A stretch of 64,000 nucleotides of DNA from Candidatus Scalinduaceae bacterium. Lineage in GTDB: Bacteria > Planctomycetota > Brocadiia > Brocadiales > Scalinduaceae. The notes beneath the pieces were generated by a model that was not told the DNA's origin, ran no database searches, and saw only the letters and a program-made list of their open reading frames with translations. This document shows, piece by piece, positions 30,880 through 43,397 of the stretch. Every line of letters starts with the position of its first letter. Position 1 is the first letter of the stretch. Made by a program: the position numbers and the translations under genes. The stretch lies in assembly GCA_046759445.1 (NCBI GenBank), contig JBHICG010000004.1, positions 1-64,000 on the forward strand. The letters are read 5' to 3'.

Positions 30880-31851
30880 TTACCATACTATTAGCTCGCC
30901 TACGATTTCTTCTACCAGGTCCTTAATTGTTACAATACCAATTGCTTTATTAACTCTATTTACAACTATAGCCATCCTTTGTTTTGCTTTCTGCATCCTT
31001 ATCAACGCTTCGTCTATGGGCATTTCTGCATTCAGATATTCAGTATCCTTTAAGAAATCGTTTACTTTTGACGTTTCTGTGCCACTACTTAAGAAATCAA
31101 AAAGTGTAATCAGTCCAACAATATTATTTGGAGAGTCCCTGTAAACGGGTATTCTAGAAACCCTTACGTTTTTTGCCAAGGTCATTATCTGATCAGCGCT
31201 TATATCGTGTGATATTAATGTTGCCCTTCGAAGTGGTATCATTACATTTTTTATCTGAATACTACCTAGCTCCATGATATTTCTTGCCATCATATCCTGA
31301 TAGCTAGAAATTATCCCTTCTTCAACACCCTCCCTGATAAAGAACCCCAATCTGTAAGGGGTAAAAACAAGTGCCCGTCTCGGCAGATTTTTAAATAATA
31401 GTTGAGGAATCTTATTAACGCCCTTCAAAACATATACTAACGGATAGAATATTTGCGAAAAAAATTTAAGGCTAGGCGATACCGTATAGAGAAATGTGTC
31501 GGCCTTTCTTTGACATAGATCTTTAGGCAAGACCTCTGCGAAAACCAGCATTATTGGTGCTAATATCAATGTTGCAATCAGCTCCGAATTTACTTGAGAT
31601 AGATACCTTAGTACAATACCAGTAAAAATCGCAGACGCTATATAGTTCATAATATTATTACCAATCAATATTGTACATATCAATGCCTGTGGGTCACCCA
31701 ACAGTAGTTGTATAATCCTTGCCCTGCGCTTTCCCCTATCCACCTTATACTGTAACCTGACACGATTAATACAATAAACTGCTATCTCAACGCCTGAAAA
31801 ATAGGCAGAAAATAAGACAAATAGAATGAGTAAATAAAATTCAATCTTCAT
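30880..31851 (-). CDS. CNNM (DUF21)-CBS domain protein
   Basis: SAYFSGVEIA, TILIGNN, FAEVLPK, GIVTIKDLVEEIVGE. Confidence 0.88.
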   Translation of the reverse strand: MKIEFYLLILFVLFSAYFSGVEIAVYCINRVRLQYKVDRGKRRARIIQLLLGDPQALICTILIGNNIMNYIASAIFTGIVLRYLSQVNSELIATLILAPIMLVFAEVLPKDLCQRKADTFLYTVSPSLKFFSQIFYPLVYVLKGVNKIPQLLFKNLPRRALVFTPYRLGFFIREGVEEGIISSYQDMMARNIMELGSIQIKNVMIPLRRATLISHDISADQIMTLAKNVRVSRIPVYRDSPNNIVGLITLFDFLSSGTETSKVNDFLKDTEYLNAEMPIDEALIRMQKAKQRMAIVVNRVNKAIGIVTIKDLVEEIVGELIVW

Positions 31852-33154
31852 TATCCTCGGTTGCCTCTTTTTCAGTCACAATTTCTTGCATTATTGATAT
31901 TACACGTCTTTTCCGGACTCTCTCTACAGTAAAAACAAAATCTTTATACTTTACGGAATCACCCTTTTGGGGAATATGTCCGAGTAAAGAGACGGCAAAT
32001 CCACCGATAGTATCAACGCCCACTGGCTCTATTTCCACACCAAAGTAATCAGACCAATCACGGAGGCTCAAGTCTCCCAACAATAGATGTTTATTTTCCC
32101 CCATTTTCTTTATCGTTTCCTTGGGCTTCTCATATTCATCCTGTATTTCCCCCACAATTTCTTCAATAATATCTTCAAGCGTAATTAACCCTGCCGTGCC
32201 GCCATACTCGTCTACAACAATCGCCAACTGGCTCCCTTCACGTCTAAACTGCCGCAACAAACTTTCAATACTCTTTGATTCTGGAACAAAATTAACAGGT
32301 TTTATTACATTCCTAAGCCGCGAAGAAGTATTAAGGAAAACATCCTTCGCGTGTATTATGCCTATAATGTTATCAGTTGTATCCTCATAGACGGGGAATT
32401 TAGTATGCATTGTTTTGCGAGCAAGCTCAATAAATCCCTCTACTGAGTCATCGACATCATACAAATTCATATCTACCCTCGGCAACATTATCTCTTTTAC
32501 GAGTACCCTTTTAAAATCCAATACTCCGTGTATCATCGAACGTTCTTTGCGGTCTACAACCCCTTGTTTTTCACTAAATTCTACAATCATCTTCAGCTCA
32601 TCAAGAGTCACGTATTTTTCCTTACCTTTACCTCCGCCAAAAACGATACTTAGCATATTTATAATAGCACCTAAAGGTATTCGAAGTGGTGAAAAGAGCT
32701 TATCGAAAATATATATGGGAATTGCCGACCACCTTGAATAATGTTCGGGAATTTTTACTGCTATATTTTTTGGAATCACTTCTCCAAAGATAATAATTAT
32801 AAGTAAACTGAACCCAACTATAGTTCCCACTTTCCAAACAGCACCATAAGCATTTGAAACAAGCACTTTCTGAACAATACCATACGAAATACAATAAAAA
32901 CCAATATTTGCCAACATGTTTCCCAGTAGAATTGTCATTAGTAAGTTCTTCGGTGTTTTTAAGAGTGATTTAACAAATCTTTCTGCTCTATTACCGTTTT
33001 TCTCAAAACTCTTAATCTCTTCTCTGGTCAGTGAAAAAAAGGCTGTTTCAGAAGCAGAAAAAAAAGCTGAAAAGCACAACAGAAGGAACATAAAGAGGAT
33101 TTGTGGCAGGCAATCTAACAGTAAAAATAAATTATCTTCTTCCAACAATATCAC
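31841..33154 (-). CDS. CNNM-CBS-CorC/HlyC transporter-associated protein
   Basis: SAFFSASETAFFS, FGEVIPK, VVDEYGGTAGLITLEDIIEEIVGEIQDE, DTIGG. Confidence 0.92.
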   Translation of the reverse strand: MILLEEDNLFLLLDCLPQILFMFLLLCFSAFFSASETAFFSLTREEIKSFEKNGNRAERFVKSLLKTPKNLLMTILLGNMLANIGFYCISYGIVQKVLVSNAYGAVWKVGTIVGFSLLIIIIFGEVIPKNIAVKIPEHYSRWSAIPIYIFDKLFSPLRIPLGAIINMLSIVFGGGKGKEKYVTLDELKMIVEFSEKQGVVDRKERSMIHGVLDFKRVLVKEIMLPRVDMNLYDVDDSVEGFIELARKTMHTKFPVYEDTTDNIIGIIHAKDVFLNTSSRLRNVIKPVNFVPESKSIESLLRQFRREGSQLAIVVDEYGGTAGLITLEDIIEEIVGEIQDEYEKPKETIKKMGENKHLLLGDLSLRDWSDYFGVEIEPVGVDTIGGFAVSLLGHIPQKGDSVKYKDFVFTVERVRKRRVISIMQEIVTEKEATEDNED

Positions 33155-33336
33155 CCAGTGTGGGAAATTAATGGTGCTATTTAATCAACTATTTAAAAAA
33201 AGATCTAATTCATAAAAATAAATTTTCTCGCCAAATAACACCTTTTTGCACCTTTTTGAAGATTATAACAGCCAAATCACAAACTTGTCAAACACAAAAC
33301 ATATTATGAAACTTCAAGAAAAGGGATACAAATAGA

Positions 33337-33365
33337 TTGACATTAACTTTTTGTTTTAATAAACT
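33337..33365 (+). promoter_or_regulatory. sigma70-type promoter for the aminotransferase gene
   Basis: TTGACA-17 bp-TAAACT. Confidence 0.6.
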
Positions 33366-33414
33366 TACTGCGTCTTAACATATTTTACACATAAACTTTA
33401 AAAAACATTTTCAT

Positions 33415-34620
33415 ATGATTATTTCACAACAAGTAAAAAAAATTAAGCCTTCTGCTACGATGTCCATAAACAGTAAGGTAAAACACTTAATATCGAGTGG
33501 TATAGACGTTATCGGTTTTAGCGCAGGAGAACCGGATTTTGATACCCCTGATTATATAAAGCTTGCGGCTATAGAATCTCTTAAAAGCGGTTTTACCAAA
33601 TATACACCCACATCCGGTATCCTAGAACTAAAAGAAGCAATATGTGAAAAATTGCGGAGAGAAAATAACATAAACTACACTCCCCAGCAGGTAATGGTCT
33701 CTTGTGGGGCCAAGCAGGCTATATACAACTGTATCCTCGCCTTATGTAATGAGGGTGATGAGGTTTTGGTTCCATCACCTTACTGGGTAAGCTATCCGGA
33801 ACAAATTGTTCTCGCAAGAGGTGCCCCTGTATTTATAAAGACTACAGATGAAAAAAAATTCAAAATAACAATAGATGACATTAAACGTAACATATCTGAT
33901 AGAACTAAATTATTAATAATAAACAGCCCTTGTAACCCCACTGGTACTGTATATACAGAGGAGGAACTTTATGAAATAACTCGTTTTGCCATCAAGGAAG
34001 GCTTGTATATCATATCGGACGAGATATATGAAAAAATTTTATACGATGGGGTTAAACATTTTAGCCCCGCCTCCTTCGGTAAAGAATTTAAGAAAAACAT
34101 TATCACCATAAATGGGTTTTCGAAATCTTTCTCAATGACCGGTTGGCGAATAGGTTACACTGCAGGCCCAGAAGACATCATAAAGGCTGCTACACTTATT
34201 CAGGACCATTCAACTTCATGTCCAAACTCCTTTACTCAGAAGGCAGCAGTGGCAGCACTGAAGGGAGACAAAGATATAACCATTAATATGATTACAGAAT
34301 TTGAAAAGAGAAGGCGATACATTGTGGAAAAACTTAATAATATGGATGGAATTACTTGTTTATTGCCGAAGGGAGCCTTCTATGTATTTCCAAAAGTATC
34401 AGATCTATTTGGCCGCAGTATTGCTGATCAGACTGCCAACACTTCAATTGAATTGGTTAGTTTAATCCTTGATAAAGCCAAGATAGCATTTGTGCCAGGT
34501 GAATGTTTTGGCTCAGGCTCCCATGTTAGAATCTCCTATGCTGTTTCGTTTAACAATATCAAGAAAGGTATTGACAGGCTGGAAAAACTCTTGTTAGGTG
34601 GTATTTCACACGAAAGTTAG
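33415..34620 (+). CDS. PLP-dependent class I aminotransferase (aspartate aminotransferase-like)
   Basis: AGEPDFDTP, PYWVSY, NSPCNPTG, SDEIY, GFSKSFSMTGWRIGY. Confidence 0.93.
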   Translation: MIISQQVKKIKPSATMSINSKVKHLISSGIDVIGFSAGEPDFDTPDYIKLAAIESLKSGFTKYTPTSGILELKEAICEKLRRENNINYTPQQVMVSCGAKQAIYNCILALCNEGDEVLVPSPYWVSYPEQIVLARGAPVFIKTTDEKKFKITIDDIKRNISDRTKLLIINSPCNPTGTVYTEEELYEITRFAIKEGLYIISDEIYEKILYDGVKHFSPASFGKEFKKNIITINGFSKSFSMTGWRIGYTAGPEDIIKAATLIQDHSTSCPNSFTQKAAVAALKGDKDITINMITEFEKRRRYIVEKLNNMDGITCLLPKGAFYVFPKVSDLFGRSIADQTANTSIELVSLILDKAKIAFVPGECFGSGSHVRISYAVSFNNIKKGIDRLEKLLLGGISHES

Positions 34621-34679
34621 TATGTAGTATTTCTTAAATCTATTTGGTGCCAGTTCGTCCGGATTAGTTTTAGACCATA

Positions 34680-34916
34680 CTATTTTTTTACTATCTCTAC
34701 CTTCCATTCCTCTGGCCCGGTTAGTATATATTCCCATTCTAATTGGCCCGTGCGTTCCGCGTCTAACTGGTACTTTAGAGGCTTAGGATCATGATCATTT
34801 ATTAACACCATCTTTTCTCCCGCTTTAAGAGAATCGAAAGTATCAAAAATCTTTGGATGTCTCTCTCGTGGTATTATGTTTCGCACGTCTAACGTAATAA
34901 CTTTGCCTTCACTCAT
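34680..34916 (-). CDS. Stand-alone DUF2249 protein (probable start MSEGK at 34916)
   Basis: LDVRNIIPRERHPKIFDTFDSL..LINDHDPKPLKYQL..GPEEW. Confidence 0.85.
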   Translation of the reverse strand: MSEGKVITLDVRNIIPRERHPKIFDTFDSLKAGEKMVLINDHDPKPLKYQLDAERTGQLEWEYILTGPEEWKVEIVKK

Positions 34917-35001
34917 TTGTCTCGTCCTTTCATCGATATAAATAACATTTATAGTATTCCTTTTGAATGTTTGTCTCAACTTTCTAACTGGATAGGAGCA
35001 A

Positions 35002-35310
35002 TTATCCTTTAAGTATTGCTGTCACCAAGGCTGTTAATTTTGTTTTTGCCTTGAGTGTGCGAGGTTCACTGCTTTCAAACAATACAAAGGCTCCTTCTTC
35101 TACATCATGCTCGTCTTTATCAGTAACAACATATCCTCTCCCTGAATTGACTATGACTATGACCTTTTGATCTTTGGTATCTTGTAATGCTGACTGTCCT
35201 TCCTCCATACAAAGGAAGTTAACACAAACCTTTTGAGAATTATATAAGTTTTTTGATTCTGTATTTTCTTCTGAAAATTTTACAATGTCCTCTAATTTAA
35301 ATTCTCCCAT
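35002..35310 (-). CDS. Small cupin-fold protein without obvious metal-binding His
   Basis: LCMEEGQ..VIVNSGRG..VEEGAFVLF..RTLKA cupin pattern. Confidence 0.65.
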   Translation of the reverse strand: MGEFKLEDIVKFSEENTESKNLYNSQKVCVNFLCMEEGQSALQDTKDQKVIVIVNSGRGYVVTDKDEHDVEEGAFVLFESSEPRTLKAKTKLTALVTAILKG

Positions 35311-35319
35311 TCCAACTCC

Positions 35320-35616
35320 TCAACTAATGTGAACGGCTACCGCAACCAATCTTTCCACCCCCTTGATACCTCTCTTTGCACCCTCGGGAGCTATTACCAC
35401 TTTACCTTTTGTCAAACTTATTTCTTTGTCATCTAAATACATAATCCCTTTCCCCTCCAACACATAAAAAATTCCCGTGCCGCTAGGGTGTGCGGGTATT
35501 TCCTGGCCTGGCTCTAAACATATCAAAGGTGCTTTTGCATCTGGCGAGACACATAATATTTGCGGGCGAAATTGTTCGTTAAATTGAACCCTTTCCCGTA
35601 ATTTTATTAGATTCAA
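35320..35616 (-). CDS. Small cupin domain protein
   Basis: CLEPGQEIPAHP..FYVLEGKG..GKVVIAPEGAKRGI. Confidence 0.8.
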   Translation of the reverse strand: MNLIKLRERVQFNEQFRPQILCVSPDAKAPLICLEPGQEIPAHPSGTGIFYVLEGKGIMYLDDKEISLTKGKVVIAPEGAKRGIKGVERLVAVAVHIS

Positions 35617-35674
35617 AACACTATTCCTCCTGGCAAATTTATTAAATCCCTAAAAAAGCTTTGGCTTCAATCTG

Positions 35675-35950
35675 TTAAGGGGCCTTTGAATCAACTTCCT
35701 TTTGGGCAGCTTCAATCAATTCGTTGACAAATTTATCTACATCCGTATTGTGCATCATGCACGCTAAATTTATGTCTTCTGTACCAAAGGCAGGACAATC
35801 AAAGCAGCTCTTACCAAAGTGCTTTGAAAATACCTCTTTTGTCGCCGGATATTTTTCTGTTACCTCGCCAGTAGTCATTTTCTTCGTAATAATCACCTTC
35901 TCCGTTCCGGTGGTCTCACTTTGAATGTCTTTTTGTTCCTGCATTGTCAT
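35675..35950 (-). CDS. DUF1858 / hybrid-cluster-associated redox disulfide domain protein
   Basis: ITKKMTTGEVTEKYPATKEVF..CFDCPA..E.INLACMMH..D..FVNEL. Confidence 0.82.
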   Translation of the reverse strand: MTMQEQKDIQSETTGTEKVIITKKMTTGEVTEKYPATKEVFSKHFGKSCFDCPAFGTEDINLACMMHNTDVDKFVNELIEAAQKEVDSKAP

Positions 35951-36011
35951 TTCTCCATTTTACGTGTTGCAAAAACAGCGTTTATTATAGCACGGTAACG
36001 TGTAAACACGA

Positions 36012-36040
36012 TATATACCATTTGATACAAAAAGAGTCAA
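36012..36040 (-). promoter_or_regulatory. sigma70-type promoter for the DUF1858 mini-operon
   Basis: TTGACT-17 bp-TATATA with extended -10 TG on the minus strand. Confidence 0.45.
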
Positions 36041-36221
36041 TACAATTCAACCCCCGGTTGTTTCATCTAATTTTCACATCCTCTTGATTTGGAATATTAG
36101 ATGGTTATTATCCTTAGAAAATGAGGAGTTAATTCTTGATATTTGGAAGCATTGGTTGTACAATCTGAAACTTAAGTTTTGAATTAATTCCTAACCATCA
36201 GATATATAATCCATATCGCTT

Positions 36222-37571
36222 GTGACAAAAAAGTCTACCAAAGATCAGACAGCATCAAGAATCAAGAAGGATAATGTCAAATTCATACAGCTACAATTTA
36301 CCGACATTACGGGTAGCATAAAATCCGTAACAATTCCCACACACAAATTATCGGAGGCTTTGAATAAAGGTCTCTGGTTTGATGGTTCTTCAATAGAGGG
36401 TTTCACAAGAATATTTGAAAGTGACATGTTTTTAAAACCTGAGCCGGAAACGTACATTCTCCTGCCGTGGGAACCAAAGGAAAGCCCTACTGCACGGTTC
36501 ATATGTGATGTTTTTACGCCTGACGGCAAGCCATTCGAGGGAGATCCAAGGTTTATACTAAAAAGGGCATGCAATGATGCCAGGGCAATGGGACTTGAAT
36601 ACAACGTAGGCACTGAGCTAGAATTTTTCCTTTTTAAACCAAGTATAGACAGCGGTGTTGAACCAATACCGCATGACGTAGGTGGTTACTTTGATTTTTC
36701 TCCCAGAGACCTTGCGGGACAGGTAAGAAACGAAATAGTAACAGCTCTTGAAAGTATGGGGCTTGAAGTTGAGTTGAGTCACCACGAAGTTGCACCAGGA
36801 CAACACGAAATAGACTTTCGATTTTCAGATGCCATTTCAACTGCAGACAATGCGATTACGCTCAAGCTGGCCGTTAAGTCTATAGCACATAAGCATGGTC
36901 TTTACGCTACTTTTATGCCTAAACCTATTTATGGTATCAATGGCAGTGGTATGCACTGTCATCAGAGTCTTTTTAATTTAAAAAACCGCAAAAACGCATT
37001 CTACAGCTCAAAAAATGAATACCGTCTCAGTGATGTTGCAAGAAATTTCATAGCCGGTCAGTTGAAGCATATACGAGAAATGATATCTATCCTTGCTCCC
37101 ACTGTAAACTCATATAAGAGGCTCGTTCCTGGTTTCGAAGCACCTGTATACATCTGCTGGGGGCAGAAGAATAGATCCTCGTTGATAAGGATCCCCAGAT
37201 ACTCTAAAGGAAGAGAACAGTCTACAAGGGCAGAACTAAGGTGTCCAGATCCTAGCGGTAATCCTTATTTGGCTTTTGCTGTCATGCTGGAATCTGGTTT
37301 AGAAGGAATGAGAAAAAAGATGAAAATCCCTCCCCCAGTGGAAGAAAACGTATACGAGTTTGATTTCAACCGATTATCCAAATTAGGAATAGACACGCTT
37401 CCCGACTCACTGGGTGAAGCAACACAAGAACTAAAAAATAGCAAGCTAATGGAAAAAGCCTTAGGGCCGCATACTTACAAGACATATATCAATGCTAAAA
37501 CAATCGAATGGAACGAGTATCGAACACAAGTAACTGAATGGGAACATAAAAAATATTTCGAGGTCACATAA
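36222..37571 (+). CDS. glnA: Glutamine synthetase type I
   Basis: FDGSSIEGF, HHEVAPGQHEIDF, FMPKP..NGSGMHCHQS, YKRLVPGFEAP, ELRCPD. Confidence 0.96.
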   Translation: MTKKSTKDQTASRIKKDNVKFIQLQFTDITGSIKSVTIPTHKLSEALNKGLWFDGSSIEGFTRIFESDMFLKPEPETYILLPWEPKESPTARFICDVFTPDGKPFEGDPRFILKRACNDARAMGLEYNVGTELEFFLFKPSIDSGVEPIPHDVGGYFDFSPRDLAGQVRNEIVTALESMGLEVELSHHEVAPGQHEIDFRFSDAISTADNAITLKLAVKSIAHKHGLYATFMPKPIYGINGSGMHCHQSLFNLKNRKNAFYSSKNEYRLSDVARNFIAGQLKHIREMISILAPTVNSYKRLVPGFEAPVYICWGQKNRSSLIRIPRYSKGREQSTRAELRCPDPSGNPYLAFAVMLESGLEGMRKKMKIPPPVEENVYEFDFNRLSKLGIDTLPDSLGEATQELKNSKLMEKALGPHTYKTYINAKTIEWNEYRTQVTEWEHKKYFEVT

Positions 37572-37594
37572 AGTTTTTTTGTTTTTTCCAATCT

Positions 37595-38923
37595 ATGAAA
37601 TCACTTATCGATAAAAAAACTTGGTCTTCTATTAAAGAGGAGATTAAAAGAAATATTTCTTCGCAACAGTTTGCAACTTGGTTTGAAAAATTAAAGCTGG
37701 TTAATTTTAACAACAATGAGATATGCATTCTGGTTCCAAACCCAATTTGTAAGGAATGGTTAGAAAATAACTATATAGATGTCATTTCGTCCGTAGTTTA
37801 TGATATAACAAACCAAAATCCCAAGGTTAAATTCGTTATCGAATCAGTGAAAAACCTTCCAGAATATTCTCCTAATCTCACACCCAGTTTAACAAACATA
37901 GAAAAGCACGTTTATATAAACAAGAACTATACATTTGAAAACTTCTTGGTGGGATCTTGCAATAGACTAGCACATGCTACCGCACTCGCTGTATGTGAAT
38001 CACCAGGAACCGCCTATAATCCATTATTTATTCATGGTACTGTCGGACTAGGTAAGACTCATTTACTACAGGCTATATATCTCAAACTGCAGGAGCATTT
38101 AAACCCATACAATATTCTATACTTACCATGCGAAACTTTCGTCAATCATTATATATCCACAATAAAAACCGGTGATTGGGACGACTTTAGAGATAAGTAT
38201 AGACAGATTGATGTTATGTTAATAGATGATATACATTTCCTTGCAAATTCACAAAATTCCCGTGAAGAATTTTTTCATACGTTTAACGCACTTTACAGTC
38301 GTCAGAAACAGATTGTCTTATCAAGCGACTGTCCACCAGAAGAAATTCCTACAATTGAAGAACGGCTTATATCCAGGTTCCGATGGGGATTGATAACAAA
38401 GATTGATCCTCCAAATTTTGAGACTAGCGTTGCCATAATTCAACGAAAAGCTGCTTTACTTAACCTGGATATATCACATGATGTGTCCTATTACTTGGCA
38501 GAAAACGTTTCATCAAGCATAAGGGAAATCGAAGGTGCATTATTGAATATTTGTAAGTATGCCTCTATAAACAAGTGCAAAATAGATTCGAATCTCGTGA
38601 AACATGTGATACAAGGATTTACTAAAGAAAACGTAAACATAGGTATTGAAAAAATATTAAATATTGTTACCAAGCACTTTGGTATTCAGCTCTCACAACT
38701 TCATTCCAAGAGGAAATTTAAATCTATCACTCTACCCAGGCAAATTGCAATGTACTTGGCACGTCGGCTAACCAACTTATCATTAGAAGAAATCGGTGGT
38801 TATATGGGTGGTCGCGACCATACAACAGTCTTACATGCTGATGAAAAAATAAAAAAACTAAAGAAAACTGACAGAAATATATCAAATATATTGAGAAGAA
38901 TAGAAAAAGATTTAATCCGTTGA
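37595..38923 (+). CDS. dnaA: Chromosomal replication initiator
   Basis: YTFENF, YNPLFIHGTVGLGKTHL, IDDIHF, EEFFHTFN, PRQIAMYL, GGRDHTTV. Confidence 0.97.
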   Translation: MKSLIDKKTWSSIKEEIKRNISSQQFATWFEKLKLVNFNNNEICILVPNPICKEWLENNYIDVISSVVYDITNQNPKVKFVIESVKNLPEYSPNLTPSLTNIEKHVYINKNYTFENFLVGSCNRLAHATALAVCESPGTAYNPLFIHGTVGLGKTHLLQAIYLKLQEHLNPYNILYLPCETFVNHYISTIKTGDWDDFRDKYRQIDVMLIDDIHFLANSQNSREEFFHTFNALYSRQKQIVLSSDCPPEEIPTIEERLISRFRWGLITKIDPPNFETSVAIIQRKAALLNLDISHDVSYYLAENVSSSIREIEGALLNICKYASINKCKIDSNLVKHVIQGFTKENVNIGIEKILNIVTKHFGIQLSQLHSKRKFKSITLPRQIAMYLARRLTNLSLEEIGGYMGGRDHTTVLHADEKIKKLKKTDRNISNILRRIEKDLIR

Positions 38924-39454
38924 GCTGTGTATGGAAAAAGTATATATATTGTGGATAAGCTGTAGAGAATTCGATTGTGACTAAACATTTTTAATATATG
39001 TGTCTGTTTTTTTTCGAAAACGTCGAAGAAATATTTACTAAAAACTTACTGTTAATCTACCACTATAATTTAAATTATTTTTATATAACTGTTATAATTC
39101 GTTTATTTAGTATGTCTTATCAAGTTATTACAATTTTTTACACTTTATTTACAGTATATACTTATAAAAATAATAGTTTTTAACATATTTTAATATTAAA
39201 GTAATCAGTATCCGTTACTGAAATACTACATTGTCAGCCTAAATTTATTTCAGGATCTTTTAACACCGTAATATATAAATTCTGAGATAAGTTAAAGGTG
39301 ACATTTTTAAATATCTACTCTTCCCGCAACAAATACTAATTATAGTAACTTTTATTTTTTGTAGTTTACAAGTGTAAGTTATAATTACATAATATTAATG
39401 TACATTTCATGGAAGTTATAAATTTATAAAAACATCCAGCTTATAAAAAATTAA
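38924..39454. other. Probable replication origin oriC
   Basis: 531-bp very AT-rich dnaA-dnaN spacer; perfect DnaA box TGTGGATAA at 38950-38958 plus degenerate boxes (38961, 38976, 39136, 39145); gene orientation bias flips here. Confidence 0.75.
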
Positions 39455-40558
39455 ATGAAACTAAGATGTAACAAAGAAATTATTAAGAGAGGAATCCTTG
39501 TTGTTGAAAGTGTTGTTTCTGGTTCTAGTATAAAACCTATAGTACAGAATATCAGGGTTACTGCAAAAGACAATATTTTAGAATTATCTACAACAGACTT
39601 GGAAGTTAGCGTAAGCTATATAATTGACTCTATTGAAGTTGAAGAACCGGGAGTTATGGTATGTCCAGAAGCAAAGATAGCTTCTATAATAAAAGAGTGG
39701 ACGGACGATTACATAGAGATATCTGAAAAGAATAAAATATGCTCTATAAAAGGGGAAGATAGTTATTTTAAGGTATTGTGTACTGATCCTGAGGAGTTTC
39801 CCGCAATACCCCAATTTGTAGATGAAAAGTATATAGAAGTAGATAAAGCGATTTTAGCCGATATGATGAAAAAGACATCATTTATTGTTTTAGGAGAAAG
39901 ATCTAAATATGGCACTAATGGTGTTTTCCTAGATATCAAAGAAAATCAGGCAAAAATGGTTTCAAACGATGGAAGAAGACTTGCAGAGGTAAAGAGGAAA
40001 ATCAATAACCCCAGTGGCATAATTAAAAACTGTATAATTCCAATAAAGGGTATCAATCAGGCGATAAAAATAATAACCGACCATGACGATGTTGTTAAAA
40101 TAAAAGTAGAGGAAAAACGTGTTTTTATGAAAACAAAAAATACAACGTTATGTTCGCAATTAATAGAAGGACAGTACCCTAAGTATGAAGAAGTAATACC
40201 GTCAAACATGGATAAAAGAGCTACATTAGATAAAAATATCCTTTATACTGCCGTTCATAGAGGAGCTGTAATGACGACGAATGAGTATAAGCTATTGAAG
40301 TTCAAGTTTACGAGTGAAGATTTAGAGTTGCGGTGTACTTCACCAGATGTGGGAGAATCCAAGGTCAGGGTTCCCATAGAGTATTCTGGAGACGAGCTGG
40401 AAATAGGTTTTAATCCAGATTTTATTTTGGATTTCCTAAAAATAGTTGATACAGAAAAAGTGAAGATTGAGTTAAAAGACAAAAACACAGCCGGTTTATT
40501 AAAAGTAGGAAATGATTGTTTATATGTGATAATGCCCACAAACTTATCGGGGGAATAA
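39455..40558 (+). CDS. dnaN: DNA polymerase III beta sliding clamp
   Basis: TTDLE, DPEEFP, SNDGRRLA, LIEGQYPKY, IGFNP, YVIMP. Confidence 0.95.
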   Translation: MKLRCNKEIIKRGILVVESVVSGSSIKPIVQNIRVTAKDNILELSTTDLEVSVSYIIDSIEVEEPGVMVCPEAKIASIIKEWTDDYIEISEKNKICSIKGEDSYFKVLCTDPEEFPAIPQFVDEKYIEVDKAILADMMKKTSFIVLGERSKYGTNGVFLDIKENQAKMVSNDGRRLAEVKRKINNPSGIIKNCIIPIKGINQAIKIITDHDDVVKIKVEEKRVFMKTKNTTLCSQLIEGQYPKYEEVIPSNMDKRATLDKNILYTAVHRGAVMTTNEYKLLKFKFTSEDLELRCTSPDVGESKVRVPIEYSGDELEIGFNPDFILDFLKIVDTEKVKIELKDKNTAGLLKVGNDCLYVIMPTNLSGE

Positions 40559-40571
40559 AAAAGGAAGTAAA

Positions 40572-40883
40572 ATGAGCAAAAACTTTGGAGAAAGCGATAG
40601 AGATGTCAAGAAGTTGGGGGAAATATTATCTAAAACAGTAAAAACTGTGAAAAAAAAGGCAAGGGAAAGCAATGGTATAAGAAAGTTTTGGACGGTAATG
40701 GTAAGCCAAGATATCTCAGAACATACAGAAGTGGGAAGGATTAAAGGCGACATACTTTACGTTAAAGTGGATTCGGCAACATGGTTGCATTACATAGCTG
40801 CATTTAAAAAAAAAGAATTATTAAAGTCAATACAGGATGGTTATAAGCGGAAATTTATTTCGGATATAAGGTTTTTTGTGTAA
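40572..40883 (+). CDS. dciA: DciA (DUF721) helicase-loader family protein
   Basis: W..MV...I.EHT....IK.DILYVKVDSATW...KKELL...I.DIRF pattern; between dnaN and gyrB. Confidence 0.8.
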   Translation: MSKNFGESDRDVKKLGEILSKTVKTVKKKARESNGIRKFWTVMVSQDISEHTEVGRIKGDILYVKVDSATWLHYIAAFKKKELLKSIQDGYKRKFISDIRFFV

Positions 40884-40889
40884 AGTTAA

Positions 40890-43337
<2,448 letters not shown>

Positions 43338-43397
43338 AAGAAAATATTTTTGACAGAGATTAAACCAAATAACAAGTCATATTCTAAGGGGAAACAA

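Noticed and set aside
30880..33154. Tandem CNNM/CBS genes as a novel system
   Set aside because: Paired CorB/CorC-like genes are a familiar arrangement and nothing distinctive is visible
34602..34617. parS-like sequence TATTTCACACGAAAGT near the origin
   Set aside because: Five mismatches to TGTTTCACGTGAAACA and lies within a coding region
38998..39183. 61-aa ORF in the dnaA-dnaN spacer
   Set aside because: Low-complexity reading of AT-rich origin DNA with no recognisable motif
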